DNA of 64,000 nucleotides from Octopus bimaculoides (lineage: Eukaryota). This document shows positions 52,721 through 64,000 of this stretch, in pieces. The first letter of the stretch is position 1; every line of letters begins with the position of its first letter. A program made the translations under genes and the position numbers. The DNA lies in assembly GCF_001194135.2 (NCBI RefSeq), contig NC_068984.1, positions 65,944,306-66,008,305 of the forward strand. The letters are read 5' to 3'. The notes below the pieces were generated by a model. The model was not told the origin of the DNA and did no database searches. It worked only from the letters and a program-made list of their open reading frames with translations.

Positions 52721-53355
52721 TATTTCATACCTTCATTTATCATTCACAAAATAGGCTCACACCTTATCACAGTTTACAGTGTATCTAACGTCTACGAGTA
52801 ATGTTTCTTCCTTTTCTGCCTTTACATATTCTAAAATAATTATCTTTCCTATCTTCAAATTAATGTCATTAAGGATTGAGTAAGATCCTTACTGTCTGAT
52901 CGATAATCATAACAATCTATCAGTTGACTGCAAGTGATACTGGACACTGGTAAATTTTTGTGCCATTAGGCATTACAACAAAAATGTCGACACCTCATGA
53001 AATAAATATAAAGACAATGTAAGAGTTTTCGTGTGTTTTTAAATAACTAAACTAGCTCTTTAGCAATCTGACTGTTACAAAAATGACTTTTTAGGGAATA
53101 TGTACTTTAGCTCTAAAACAAATAGTTACTACATACACTTGGGGTAAAAAAATCATTTGTTGCATAAATAATGCATAACTTGAACTGTGACTGGAAGTAA
53201 AAAGAATTTGTTTTTTTTCCTGCTTTGTATTGCTTTTAATATAATAGTATAGTATTCTCTGGTTGATGAAGTTTTCCCTGCAACATTTTCTCTGTGTGAA
53301 GATAGACTGTGTATTGTTGGTTAATTAAAATCAAATTAAAATTTCGTTTAAGCAA

Positions 53356-53457
53356 CATGTGCTCACTTTGAAATCACTGTTCTCAGTTTGAAGTAACATG
53401 CCCTCACTTTGAAATTATTGTTTCCATTTTGAAATGACACATCCTCAATTAGAATTG
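53356..53457 (+). repeat. 20/21-bp minisatellite with a 41-bp dimer period
   Basis: CATGTGCTCACTTTGAAATCA / CTGTTCTCAGTTTGAAGTAA / CATGCCCTCACTTTGAAATTA / TTGTTTCCATTTTGAAATGA. Confidence 0.8.
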
Positions 53458-54344
53458 CAAATAATAAATTAGGCCATTTAAAAGAATGTATACTGATTTT
53501 TCTAATTTAGCTTTACAGTTTCATTATTTTTAGAACTAGAAAGAAAAAATATAGCATAATAACAAAAACTGCTTTTCTCAGTTATTAAATTTGACTAAAA
53601 CATTTTCAAAAATTCAGAATTCATTTAATTATTAGAAATTTTAATATAACAATAATAGATTATATATTACAAATGACAGAAAATAATTATAATTAAATGT
53701 TTATGACTATATTGAAAATAATAAATACATTTTTACAGACTTGTAGATTTATTCAATTACAACTTTTTATCAACAGTTTAATCATATTAACAAAACTAAG
53801 TTTTAAGATGTTTTCAATTTTTGACAAAAAAAGGGTTCTTGAGAATTAATATCTCAATTCAGTTTTCATTATAATGCTATATGCATAATTATTGAGGACT
53901 ATAAATAAACAACTTAAAAGATTTAATTAAGAGAAAATTGTTTAGATATTATTATTTGTTAACAAAGAAAATCTTACTTTTCACCATGCAGTATATTAAG
54001 CAAAATATTTTAAAAAAAGAACAGTTTTACTCAAATATTGCACCATAATTATTTCATAAGGTGATCCAGAATATTAAAGATTTCACAAAATAATTATATT
54101 GATATCGCAAACATTTGCATAATCCTCCATAATTTGTGAGGATAAGCTCTCAGCAAACTGCACACTGTTTACTTAGATGGTATCAAATACTTTGGGTGCA
54201 TTTTATACAGAAGTGTGAAGAAAACTATTTGACCAAAACAAATTTCTGTAGTTTTTACGTTATAACATAAAACATATTTAAAATGAATATAAATTTATTT
54301 GAATGTTCCAAAAAACAAAAAAGAAACAATTGTGTAATGGTATT

Positions 54345-54561
54345 GGTTTCAAATTTTGGCACAGAGCTAGCAATTTCAGGGAAGGGGGCTTAGTCAAATG
54401 CATCGATCCCAGTGCTCAAATGGTACTTTTGTTTTTATCACTCCTGGAAGTATGAAAGGCCAAGTCAGCCTCAGCAAATTTTGAACTCAGAACATAAGGA
54501 TGGATGAAATGCCACTAAGCATTTTGCCCAGCATGATAACAATTCTGCCACCTTGTTGCCT
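54345..54561 (-). mobile_element. tRNA-derived SINE, family A
   Basis: Homologous to the other family A copies. Confidence 0.88.
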
Positions 54562-54998
54562 TATTTAATGTAATGATATTAAAAGTAAAATTGAAATCAG
54601 TTATAAATCATTCTTGAAAAGTTTCTGAATAATCAAGCTTATGAGGAACACATAATGAAAGGATAATAAAGTCTGAATTTCAAAAAATTCAAATTCTGTC
54701 CAGAATCTGATTCTGCTGCCATTAATTGTTATATCAATAATGACACCTGCTTCTATCTTAAAGCATAAATTACCAAAAGTTTTTAGTATCTCTTACAAAT
54801 ATCAAAAATGATGTTTAAACAGATATTATTCATCATTCACAGAAGTAGGTTTGGTCATGAATAACTGGATTTACTTACATTTTCTTTCATTTTTTAAAAA
54901 TTTACAAATGGTAAATATTTATTGATGCAAAAGAGTTTTAGATTCCTTTAATACAAAAAAAAAAAAAAGAACAATGCAAATTTTAAAAGTGAATATAT

Positions 54999-55130
54999 AG
55001 ACAGAGTCATGGCTATGTAGTTAAGAATCTTGTTATGCTACCACAGGGTTTCAAGTTTGGTCCTACTGCAGAGCACTTTGGGCAAGTGTCTTGCGCTATA
55101 GCTCCAAGTACACCAAGTCATGTGGAATCA
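54999..55130 (+). mobile_element. Degenerate 5' part of a family B SINE
   Basis: TGGCTATGTAGTTAAG..CACTTTGGGCAAGTGTCTTGCGCTATAGC. Confidence 0.65.
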
Positions 55131-55566
55131 GAGTGAAGCTACAGCTACTTCAAGAAATAATTTATACATGTTTATTTAAGTGGCAGATATCTAAATAAAT
55201 AGTCAAGATTCAATATAGTCTATACATTGAAAAGACTAGTTTACAAGCTACCTATATTTGCTCTATATATGCAGCATTCATTTATCTCTATGTTTCTATG
55301 TTACATTCATTATTATGTTTTGGCTTTTTCTTATCATCATAAGTGAAATTTGACATAATGGGTAACATCTAAAGGTAGTCATTATTTCATGAAGCTTTAA
55401 TATACAAGGTTTTCCTATAAACTTCAAATGATATAATTATTAATGGAGAAAAAAATTACTGCATTTTATTTTTTCTTCCTAATTTAAACACTTCCCAATT
55501 GTAATAGAAATGTAGTATAATCTAAACAACACAACCCAAGAGTAAAATTAAGTGAAAACCAAAATA

Positions 55567-55689
<123 letters not shown>

Positions 55690-56075
55690 ATCCTCTGAAG
55701 AATTCGACTGGAAGTGCCATTATTCATGAAGTCACTTGTATACTAATATAACAGAAATATCAAACTAAACAACATCTAATAGGAACAGGAGAATATATGA
55801 ACTTGAATGACTGCTATACTCTTAAAAACACTGAAGTCTAGGGGAAATGGTAAGTGAGAAGAAAACAGTGATTTCAAGAACCACATGTAAGATATGTGTG
55901 TGTATGACGAATAGCATACTATTGGATAAATATCAACAAAACAAATTAGTTCCACTACATTTAGTTTCATTACATAAAACATGGACCACTTTCTCAAAGT
56001 ATTTGTAAATACACACACACACATTCATGCACACACACACATATATACACATATACAGACACACACATGTATATA

Positions 56076-56240
56076 TTCCCCATAACTTAGCTGTTTGGTG
56101 AAAGAGACTGATAGAATAAACACCAGGCTTAAAAAGAATATAGTAGTGGGGTCATATCATTGAACTAAAAGAAATTCTTCAAGGTAGTATCACAGCATGG
56201 CTGCAGTCTAATAACTGAAACAAGAAAAAGATAAAAGATA
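56076..56240 (+). mobile_element. 3' part of a family B SINE, head-to-tail with the next copy
   Basis: CCCCATAACTTAG..AAAGAGACTGATAGAATAA..CAGCATGGCTGCAGTC..ACTGAAACAAG. Confidence 0.75.
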
Positions 56241-56600
56241 GGTGTGGCTGTGTGGTAAGAAGATTGCTTCACAACCACATGATTCTGGGTTCAGTCCCAC
56301 TGCATGGTACCTTGGAAAAGTGTCTTCTGCTATAGCCTCAGATCAACCAAATCCTTGTGAGTGGATTTGGTAGATAGAGACTGAAAGAAGCCCGTCATAT
56401 ATGTATATATTTATGTATATCTGTGTTTGTCCCCGTGCCATCACTTAACAACAGATGGTGAGGTGTTTATGTTCTGTAACTTTGTAGTTTGGCAAAAAAA
56501 ACTGATAGAATAACTCCTGAGGTTGATTTTTTCAACTATAACCCTTTGGGGTGGTGCTCTAGTATGGCCGCAGTCAAATGACTGAAACAAATAAAAGAAT
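56241..56600 (+). mobile_element. tRNA-derived SINE, family B, near full length
   Basis: GGTGTGGCTGTGTGG..GGGTTCAGTCCC..GTATGGCCGCAGTCAAATGACTGAAACAAATAAAAG. Confidence 0.9.
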
Positions 56601-56660
56601 ACAAATGCTTATACATATACATATATACATATACATATATACATATACATATATACATAA

Positions 56661-56973
56661 TATAATATAGGATAAATTCTTTATAAGAATTTATCAAGTA
56701 GTCAGCGTGAAAAAACCTCATAATGAAAAAATAACGAAAAATTTCGTAATGAAAAGATTCATCGTTTCTCCATAGATATATTTAAATATATATAAAAAGG
56801 GCATTAATACAGGTATTAATACACAGTTAATGCCCTTTTTATATATATTTAAATATATCTATACAGAAACGATGAATCTTTTCATTACGAAATTTTTCGT
56901 TATTTTTTCATTATGAGGTTTTTTCACGATGACTACTTGATAAATTCTTATAAAGAATTTATCCTATATTATA
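56661..56973. mobile_element. Foldback/palindromic MITE: two 147-bp inverted arms and a 19-nt centre
   Basis: 56661-56807 versus 56827-56973 differ at only 3 positions. Flanked on both sides by directly oriented (TATACA)-type microsatellite. Confidence 0.85.
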
Positions 56974-57540
56974 TATACATATACATATACAAGAAGTACC
57001 AAATGTCTAAATCCAATGGACCAGTCACTGGATAAGTTTGGCACAGAAATGTTAACATAGAGTGGTGAATAAATCGATATATCGAATTTGAAGTCTCTGT
57101 CTCTTTTGAATATGAAAATTTTAAAGTTTAAAAACCTTATAATATAAATATAAACTGTGAGAACGACCCTTAAGGAATCTAGTTAATGATCCCCTAAGGT
57201 AAGTTCTTATNNNNNNNNNNNNNNNNNNNNNNNNNNNNNNNNNNNNNNNNNNNNNNNNNNNNNNNNNNNNNNNNNNNNNNNNNNNNNNNNNNNNNNNNNN
57301 NNNNNNNNNNNNNNNNNNNNNNNNNNNNNNNNNNNNNNNNNNNNNNNNNNNNNNNNNNNNNNNNNNNNNNNNNNNNNNNNNNNNNNNNNNNNNNNNNNNN
57401 NNNNNNNNNNNNNNNNNNNNNNNNNNNNNNNNNNNNNNNNNNNNNNNNNNNNNNNNNNNNNNNNNNNNNNNNNNNNNNNNNNNNNNNNNNNNNNNNNNNN
57501 NNNNNNNNNNNNNNNNNNNNNNNNNNNNNNNNNNNNNNNN

Positions 57541-57576
<36 letters not shown>

Positions 57577-59698
57577 TGTACATATAACTAATACTTATTT
57601 GTGCCAATGAATTTAATGTATTATTGATGCCATATAAATTAGATCGTTATAAAATTGAAGCAGTTAGCAATAATTCTAAGCATCAAAGTAGTTAAACTGA
57701 GTTCTTTTTATACAACCCAATGTAATTTTTTGTATGGAAATTTTAAATCAGTTAAAGTATCCAAAATTAATTTTAACCTAATGTAAATTAATACTAGAGA
57801 AATTTACCTTAAGACAGAACTCAAATATTCTAAACTGACATCATTCACATTCTTTTTTACTTATTAAACATTATTTAACTATAATTGATATTTAAAACAA
57901 TAATAATATAAGAAACCATCACACTACCTTAAATAGTAGTATTTAAGATTAGAAAATTCAGCTCTGAAGAGCTAAAATGTATATGAACATAGTATTAGAT
58001 TTGGAAGCTATGTTTAATATATCTGAAAATTTCTGAAATATGAACTGTTAAATTTCAAACTCCTTTATTCAAGAATAAATTTATTTCTTTTAATCTTTTC
58101 AGTAAATTATATCACTTTTGAATTACGGTGGTCTAAGGTGAAATGAATTAGATAACCATTAGAAATCAGAGAAAGTGAATATAAATTATTCTTGATAAAG
58201 AAAACTGTACCAGGATATTTTTTCAGCAGATACCCGTAAAGTAGAATGTAACAAGCCACAATGCACACAGATAATTAGTTTCAGAACAAATCAGTCTTTT
58301 TTAACTTGCCAGTTAGATATTGTAAAAGGACAAAAAGATAAAATGAGACATAAAAGTAATTAAGCATAAAAAGAAGAAAAAATATGTATAAAGATTTTGG
58401 AAAAGAACAGAATTTATTGACCACTTCAGTCACTTAGTTCCATGCTGTCAGATATTTGATATGCTAAAACTGGAGATTTCCTAATATGTTGAACCTTTTT
58501 AAATAATGTTTTTACTTGTGTCTGATTAATGTTTGCTTTAGAAATATCACTTTTAAAATTGCTTAGATTCACTGTTTCTTGTTAACCAACCAGAATAAAT
58601 GCTAAGTATTTTTGACACTAGGATAGTGACAGTTTTAGAAAACAAGCTATGAAGTCAAGTAGTGACAGAGAAATTGACAAAACATTTTGAAAAATATCCT
58701 CCAGATATTCCAGTTACATGAAGGAAAATTAGGTAAACCAATCGCTCTATAAAATGTAAAAATGATACATTAGCAAGATTCCAATGAGATCAAACATCTA
58801 ATGTACATTTTAGATAAGAAACCAACTGATCACTGAAGAATAAGAAAAAGCAGCTGATTGATAAATGTGCATTAAGCATTTCCTTTTTTCTGAACTCTAA
58901 TGCATTAGAAACATAGCAAAGCTTTAAAAAAAAGGATAAAAACATTTACTCTGCATTTATGAGTTTATCACTGAGGGAGTGTTAACTAATGACATTGATA
59001 TTTGAAACAAGTTTTTTTGCCTAATTTTTTAAAATTTGTTGCACACATAAATATGATAGCCAAAGTAAAGGAGGACTTATAATTTCTAAGACAAGGGTCC
59101 TAGCATGAAAAGTGTTATAAGCTTCTTTGTTAATGATAATTGCAATAACAACAATATAAAACATAAATCCATTCAGTCAATGATGCATGAAAGAAACAGA
59201 AAATGAGTTTGCTGACAAAAGGGTGAATCTCCCATTGGCAAGAAATGAAGAATGTAACAGATATGATACTAGATAACAGTATAAGTAAAGCAAACTAAAT
59301 GATAGAAAGCTGATAGTGTATTATAATACAGCATGGACAACCAGCCTTAGAAACTGGTATATTAGAAGGCAATCTTAAATTGAAAATATGAAATGAAATA
59401 TATATGTTGAATAAAAGTAATGGTTTTCAGCAATGAAATATCTCAAGGTATCCAGATTTTGAAAACAGATGAAAAATAGTAACATTTTTTTTTTCAATTT
59501 TAGTTATCAAAATCTCAAACAGAGATTTCATATAAATTTTATTCCCAGCAATATTAAAACTAAATCAGACTGTTGACAAAACACTATACATTTCTTTGAG
59601 ATTTAAATTTACTGATAATTTAGTTATTATGAAACACGTAAATTCGATATGATAGTAAGAGTAACATATAATATCTCACTTATAATATTACAGTAATG

Positions 59699-59944
59699 AT
59701 ATGCTGTTGTGTCTGGGGAGAGTGATTTTTTTGTGCCTTATAATTTAACACACTCACCGGTAAAATTTTCACTTATTTCTTATTTTTATTTTGCTAAAAT
59801 TTTCGTTGCGTCTTGCAATCTTTTCAATAGTCAACGAAAATTTTAGGATAGTAAAAATAAGAAATAAGAGGAAATTTTGGTGGTGAGTGTGTTAAATTAT
59901 AAGGCACAAAAAGAAAATGGCTCTCCTCAGACACAACAGAATAT
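59699..59944. mobile_element. Foldback/palindromic MITE: ~110-bp inverted arms and a 23-nt loop
   Basis: 59699-59808 is the reverse complement of 59832-59944 with scattered mismatches and indels. Confidence 0.8.
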
Positions 59945-60666
59945 GCTTCAACACACGAACTCACATAAAGAATCTTGCAAACCAAATCCAAAAACGAAAA
60001 GTAATGATATGAGTTCATTAATAATCTATGCTATTTTATATAAACTTAAAAATAAAACCTAATTTAAAATACAGAAAGAAATATATACTTCATAAAGCAG
60101 AATGTTTTCTTAAGACTAGAATATTAAATTCTTAATGTCACTGATAAATAATACAAAATTAAATTAAACATATTGTGAAAGAACATTTTAGAATTCATAC
60201 ATTCAAAAATATGGTACACATGATAGATAATCACTGAGTTTTGACAAATGTGGGCTCCAGTTGTTTGATCAACAGAACACCTCACCCATTCTATTGTGGG
60301 TAGAGTGGATGAGTATTCCACAGACACTTGTATAACTTCAATGTAATACTAATGGTAAAAATAGACATGATACAATATGTGAAAAAATTAACCCATTGAA
60401 TTGCAAATGCAGCTCATCCACTATACTTCCACACAGTTTCAAAGGGTGCAAGTACAACACCTAAAATTTGGTGGGGGTGGTAGTGGTGGTGGAGTGAGGC
60501 AATGAAAATGTTTTGAACATACTTCTGAAAACTGCATCTCCAAAACAAACAAGGATAGTCACATTTTTGGACTGATTTGAAACATTAATTTTCCCTTACT
60601 GCATTTATCTAATTTGATAGATGTACAAATATTATTATTATTATTATTATTATTGTACATGTGTCT

Positions 60667-60847
60667 AAGGTGGCAAGCTGGTGGAATCGTTAGCATGTTG
60701 GATGAAATGCTTAGTGGTATTTTGTCTGTCGCTATGTTCTGAGTTCAAATTTTGCTGAGGTTGACTTTGCCTTTCATCCTTTCAGGGTCAACTAGCCCCA
60801 TCTCAACAAATTTCACGCTTTGTGCCTATAGTAGAAAAGATTATTAT
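60667..60847 (+). mobile_element. tRNA-derived SINE, family A, internally deleted, alternative 3' tail
   Basis: GGTGGCAAGCTGGTGGAATCG..GAGTTCAAATT..GACTTTGCCTTTCATCCTTTCAGGGTC. Lacks the ATAAGTACCAG segment. Preceded by (ATT)n. Confidence 0.85.
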
Positions 60848-62770
60848 ACCTGTGTCTGTTTTGATATTAAAATTGAAAAAAAAAATTGCCTTGTTTGTAA
60901 AAACAATTTGAGACCAGGTTTTCAACCCACTAAACAAATTTCATTCTTGCACTCGTGCGTAGTTTTTATGTCCTGATTTCTTTAATGAGATTCTATAAAG
61001 TGCAAACAAAGCCAGAAACTGACGAGTACAATGTAAACTGTTTAAACATCTGACCATGCTTGCACTTGATGGAAATGAATATTGAGCTATACATGCACAC
61101 ACACACACACACACACATACATATAGATTTTTTTTCAGTTTATTATCTAATTCATTTTACAACTTGTGAATTTAATCATTACAGTTTATGACTTCAATTA
61201 TTTTAATCACCTTCTAAGCTCTTTTGAATTTTTAACTTCAACATTTTTCAAGGAGCATATTTACAGATCTGTCAATATTTACAAAAATTGATATAGAAAA
61301 TGGCAAATAAAATGACAACCATATTATGTGTGTGACAATATGTTGGCCAGAGAGATAAGTAATAGGAAGCCATTTTCAAATTTAATTTAATAATGTTATA
61401 GATTATTATTTCTATCAAACTATATATTTTTGAAAGAAAAAAATTTGATTTGAAAGAAAATCTATATTTAACCAATTCCATACAAATTGCCTTAAACTGT
61501 TCAAGTACATCATAAATAAGTAAATCAGCCTCATTGATATTTTAGAATAACTGAACAGAACTAATTAAATACAAATTAAAACCATATTGTAACTATTTAT
61601 TGTAGACTCAAGCTAACAGAAAAGCAAACTCTGATACAGCTGTTGTTGACGATACTGATAATTGTAAATATGAGAATGGTGGTGATAATGATGCAATAAT
61701 GATAAGTATAATACTGGTTGGATATCATAATGATAGGGCATCCTCTATCTGTGGTCACAACTCTTGGTTGACTCATTTGGAAAATAAGAACTTTATAAGA
61801 ACTTTATAGCCACTCCAAACAATTTAGCTATTCTGAAATATTTTGCTTAATTAATACTTTTCTATTTCCAGTAACTATTTATCACCACTGAATGAAAGCT
61901 TTATGACAAGCATTATCATCCATTCTCTTAAACTAAAAATATCTCTTAAACTCTCTCTCTCTCTCTCCTTCCCTCTCATAAAAACAGATGCTTGTGAACC
62001 TCAGTCATTTCTTTTAGTTTATCTAAAATCAATCCATCTAAACAGAGGAAAAATTTGCTTAACCTTCTAATGATTATTTTTTAATGTATAAAGACATGAT
62101 ACGGTGTTTTCCAAACACTTCTTTTAATGTCTGACACAAGTAAAAACAAAGAAGTAAGAAATACTGCAAGGTATTCTAAAAACATTTTGATGCAGAAATT
62201 ATGGCTTCACTATGTATTGAATTTCAATGTTTTTCTATTTCGCATGACTTCTTCCTATTAATTAATAAATGTGTAATCTTTATTAAACCTAATTGTATAG
62301 GATGCTCTGTAAATGCCTGATTTAAGATAGCTTTAATGAACATGGCAACAACATTTCTTGAAAATTCTTAATAAATCTTCCTTACTGATGGCCAGTCTTA
62401 CTGAAAACATATGCAATCAATTTTCCAATAGACTTGTCAAACAGTGACCCTTTTATATAACTAAACAACATTTCTGCTATATTAACACTGGAAAACAAAG
62501 TCAAGGTTAACAGCACTAATTAGTGCCACTTTAATACACAGCTTGAAAGGTTTAACATTGCTAACTCACTGGAAAAATATACAACCTAATTGCAGTTAAA
62601 GGAAAGCCTGTCAGGGAATTAATTTATAGATGTTAATGCCAGAAATGAGGCATAAGTGTATCCAAAGATCCAGTCTTTACAGACATAATAACGTCAATAA
62701 TGATAAAATAAAATTAAATTATAGAAAACTTGTGTAACTTGTTCCATTTGCCATCTTTTAAGACTTTGAT

Positions 62771-63138
62771 AGGAGCAGGTAAGAAGTTTGCATGTCAACC
62801 ACATGGCTCCAGGATCAGTCCCATTGCATAGTACCTGGAAGAAGTGTCTTCCACTATAGCCCTGGACCAACCATAGCCTTGTGAGTGGATTTATTACACA
62901 GAAATTGAAAGAAGCCCATCATCATGTGTGTGAGTGTGTTTGTCTCCCACCACTGCTTGACAACTCGTGTCAGTTTGTTTATGTTCCCAAAACTTAGTGG
63001 TTCAGCAAAAGAGACCAATAGAATAAGTACCAGGCTTAAAAATAAAATAAGTATTGGAGTCAATTTTCTGTGACTAAACCTTAAAAGGTGGTGCTCCAGC
63101 ATGGTTGTAACCCAATGAATGATACAAATAAAAGATAA
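62771..63138 (+). mobile_element. tRNA-derived SINE, family B, A-box region deleted
   Basis: ACCACATGGCTCCAGGATCAGTCCC..CCTTGTGAGTGGATT..GGTGGTGCTCCAGCATGG..ACAAATAAAAGAT. Confidence 0.85.
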
Positions 63139-64000
63139 ATATTTAGAACATCTAACTATTCATAAATTATTTTTAGTAGGTAGTACTCTTTTTCTAGTTA
63201 GTTCTTCCTGAACTGGACTTCTGTTACTAAACAACTGATCAAATGATTTAATCAATTATTTGCATTTCAAGCAACAGGCATACATTTATTTTTTTTTTTA
63301 GATCAAACACTGAGCTAAGAGTTAGGACTTTAAGCATGTGATCTACGTTTTAAAATGAGTGGATGTTTGTTGAAGGGGATACAAATACAGCAATGATTAG
63401 AGTATGCATTGACGTATAAACAGCCCTGTTCTTCCATATTGCTTATGAGTCAATATTTGGAAAGCATTATATTGTCAATGATACAAAAACATCCGATATT
63501 TCAATTAAATGTAAAAATTTTTTGCTGACAAAAACACAACACAGTGCAGTGGAAATTATAAAAACCAAGAACAAAGTATTTGGGAAACAATATGAAGAAT
63601 ATAAATCTCAATTAATACTACATTTAATCTGTTCTGAGTTAAAACTTGTGTCAAAAGAACGTGCAGCTTTTAATCTCATGCTTAAAATATGAATTCAAGA
63701 GATACTGATGATACATACAAGACTATATTTTTGAATTTAGAAAGATGAATAAAGAAAAATAATTAACAAAATGCAACATAAAGTAAAGCATCTCACAAAC
63801 AAATGGGGAATTTGTTCAGTAATGTTGGAAGAAAGTTTACATTTCAAAAGGTAAAACATACCAATCGATGAAAATTATATTTATACAAACAGCCATCTGC
63901 ACATATATATGTTTATCAGTGCATATCTATGTCTGTACCTATGTATATATACACACATGTACACAAACATATACGTGCATATATATACATGTGCATATAC

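Noticed and set aside
61019-61038. CTGACGAGTAC..GTAAAC hammerhead-like motif
   Set aside because: It lacks the C-GAAA after stem II and has no supporting stems.
62513-62526. Perfect 14-bp palindrome GCACTAATTAGTGC with a TAATTA core
   Set aside because: A single short palindrome is expected by chance in 64 kb of AT-rich DNA, and nothing else supports a regulatory role.

Overview
AT-rich (about 30% GC by eye) eukaryotic DNA with about 1.8 kb of N-gaps. The repeat content looks like an octopus genome, which is an inference from recognising octopus-type tRNA-derived SINEs, RTE LINE debris and TA/CA/AAT/GAT microsatellites. I could not recognise a protein-coding gene. Almost all ORF-track entries are microsatellite, gap or antisense-repeat artefacts, so the window reads as intronic or intergenic DNA with a few weak candidate exons. 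Supported content: three tRNA-headed SINE families (A: 7 copies; B: 9 copies or fragments; D: 2 copies); nine RTE-type 3' ends with (GAT)n tails, some carrying ~65-bp double-hairpin tandem units; five decayed RTE ORF fragments; two TTAA/CCC..GGG MITEs; three long foldback elements; and a probable Helitron helicase relic. The most unusual item is a composite at 1934-2378: a tRNA-like head, then (AAT)n, then a Penelope-like tail with a minimal hammerhead-ribozyme motif, plus an inverted copy of that tail. A second mini-copy with its own inversion lies at 5938-5996. A 29-bp-stem pre-miRNA-like hairpin lies at 19148-19208.
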